Source: Raillietiella orientalis
Taxonomy: Eukaryota
DNA length: 64,000 bases
Assembly: GCA_036172245.1 (NCBI GenBank)
Contig: JAYWIR010000006.1
Location: 3,596,001 to 3,660,000 of the forward strand
Direction: 5' to 3'
Shown here piece by piece: positions 62,312 through 64,000 of this stretch. The translations under genes were made by a program, and so were the position numbers. A model generated the notes under the pieces. The model was given only the letters and a program-made list of their open reading frames with translations, was not told the DNA's origin and ran no database searches. How positions within the stretch are numbered: the stretch's first letter is position 1; every line of letters starts with the position of its first letter.

Positions 62312-62445
62312 CATTGAGCAAAATGGATGATCCACTTTCTTATTTTTTGATCGTAATTGGACAACAGAGAAAAGTTCATCTGAAATCGCAGGAGGATCTT
62401 CGGACTGAGCATCTAAATCAACTTTAAGATTCTCTGGAACCGCTC
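62312..62445 (-). CDS. CDK17: Upstream exon of the PCTAIRE kinase
   Basis: It encodes AVPENLKVDLDAQSEDPPAISDELFSVVQLRSKNKKVDHPFCSM, which resembles the vertebrate CDK17 segment IVHENLKM..SDE..V.LR..SM that precedes [12 protein letters not shown]. It has an AG acceptor (phase 1) and an ATG|GTGGGT donor in phase 0 that matches the exon starting at 59738. Confidence 0.75.
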
Positions 62446-63498
62446 CTTCAACAGCAATAAAATCAGGAATAAAGCAGTGAAAACAAGGTGGCACGATGGC
62501 ATTTCGCTTTGGACGGCGGTGCACAACGTATACCACAGGCACCTATGTTTCCAGTTAGGACCAACACGACAGGGAAGGGGAAAAGGGAGGTGATGACGGC
62601 GCCCGATTTTTTTTTTTTTTTTTTAAAAAAGAAAAAAGAAGAAGAAGCTGGAAATCAAAATGGCCAACCAAAGCTTCGACATTTTTTTTTTTTTTTTTTT
62701 TGAGAATCGGCGGGGTGGGGGCTCTTCGAGGCGGCCTTCTACCGCACGCTTCATGGCCGCATGTCGGTTCCCTCAAACACGTCAACCTCGGGTGCGTCTT
62801 GCGACACACCACTTCGTCCCTCGGACGAGTGGGAAAGACCCCGATTGCCTCATCGGGAGCACCGCTCGACGGCCCCCAAGGCAAGCGGCGGGCACTTCGC
62901 ACGGGCCGTCGGTGAGGCGGAAAGCACGTGAGCGAGCGGTAGGGGTACATTACATTAGGGATCGGACTGGAATACACGCAACACGGATGGTGGTCGAAAA
63001 TGAATCGCAAACACTTCTTTTTGCTTAAAAAAAAAAAAAAAAAGAAAGGAAAAGAAAAGAAACACTTTATAAACCAATATCGGCGTCCTGTTTGCGATGT
63101 GCAAACACGTGCTTGCAGCAAGATGGCACTCTTGGACGCACACGGAATGCCATGATCACATCATTCCTTTATTAAAAAAAAAAATGCACTTGAAATGATG
63201 ACGATCACGTCCAAGCTCAAAATGATCTTCCATCAGTCAGAAGGAGTTCCAAAAACCAAAGACTTGAATCGAGGAGGGAGACGTAGTTATAAATAAGTGG
63301 ACAAATAAATAAAATTCGTAGTTAGGGATGTCTGCAAAGGGAGCGAGGGAGAGAAGAGGGAAGGGGAGGGGGGGGGGGGATGCACGCATTTAAACGCCCA
63401 AGATGGCTGCACGCGCAGACCGCACGGTTCGGATGGAGGCCCTCCGCTTCCGGGCAAAACACATCGCGCACTCAAAAGATGCGATCCGACTGACTTAC

Positions 63499-63634
63499 CC
63501 AGTGAAAAGTTGAGGCTGACGGAGTTTCTCAGGGAGAACTTCTTGTGTCTTCTGCAGAAAGGTAGGAACCACCCCGTCAGCTTTTGACCCGGAGCGAGAT
63601 GGTTCACGTCGACGTGCCTGACGTTGACATCCAT
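63499..63634 (-). CDS. Candidate first or further upstream coding exon of the kinase (ATG at 63634, or internal acceptor at 63551)
   Basis: A strong CTGG|GTAAGT donor in phase 1 fits the 62445 exon. KKFSLRNSVSL loosely resembles the CDK17 N-terminus. The ATG is preceded by an in-frame TAG. Confidence 0.45.
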
Positions 63635-64000
63635 CGGGGAAGGTCTCTTCTACGCTCTGGAGTAGTCCACTTTGCTCAGATCAGCACCAACTGGCATCGA
63701 GCTGATGCCAACTCCACTGCGGGGACGTTCCACAGACGTTGTGGATTACGGGGATTTCGTTTCTACAAACATTCCGAATTCACCGTAACAAAAAGGATCG
63801 ACTGCGTGGGTTTCCAGCATTCGTGGAAATGTGGTTTTCGTATAACGCGATTTTGCCCCCCCCCCCCTCCCCCCGGAACACAAAAAAAAAAGCAGTGCAT
63901 TCCAGAATTCCGCACGCGTACACTGAGGGACGGTGGAAAACCCGAAACTCCCGATCCGTAGAAATCTCAATTGCGTAAAACAACAGCGCGTTCTCTCAAG

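Overview
This is eukaryotic, most likely animal, genomic DNA; I cannot assign the species. One convincing host gene is present: a spliced PCTAIRE-type cyclin-dependent kinase (CDK16/17/18 family) on the minus strand at ~58.2-63.6 kb. Positions 1-57 kb are mostly GC-rich, decayed and nested mobile elements. They include ~15 5'-truncated copies of an L1/Tx1-like LINE family (two subfamilies), one AT-richer L1-type RT relic, ~8 pieces of a tRNA-headed SINE, a TA-flanked MITE and several faint Tc1/mariner transposase relics. The LINEs end without poly(A) in conserved stem-loops and show ~14-15 bp target-site duplications (TSDs). Two near-identical long inverted duplications (1.1 kb and 2.3 kb arms) each enclose ~8 kb. 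For the first, a split SINE and its TSD suggest the enclosed segment is flipped. Most listed ORFs are GC-rich shadow frames. All homology calls are by-eye motif recognition, not database searches, and TE boundaries are approximate. I found no evidence of a new protein-coding system; the most interesting signals are structural.
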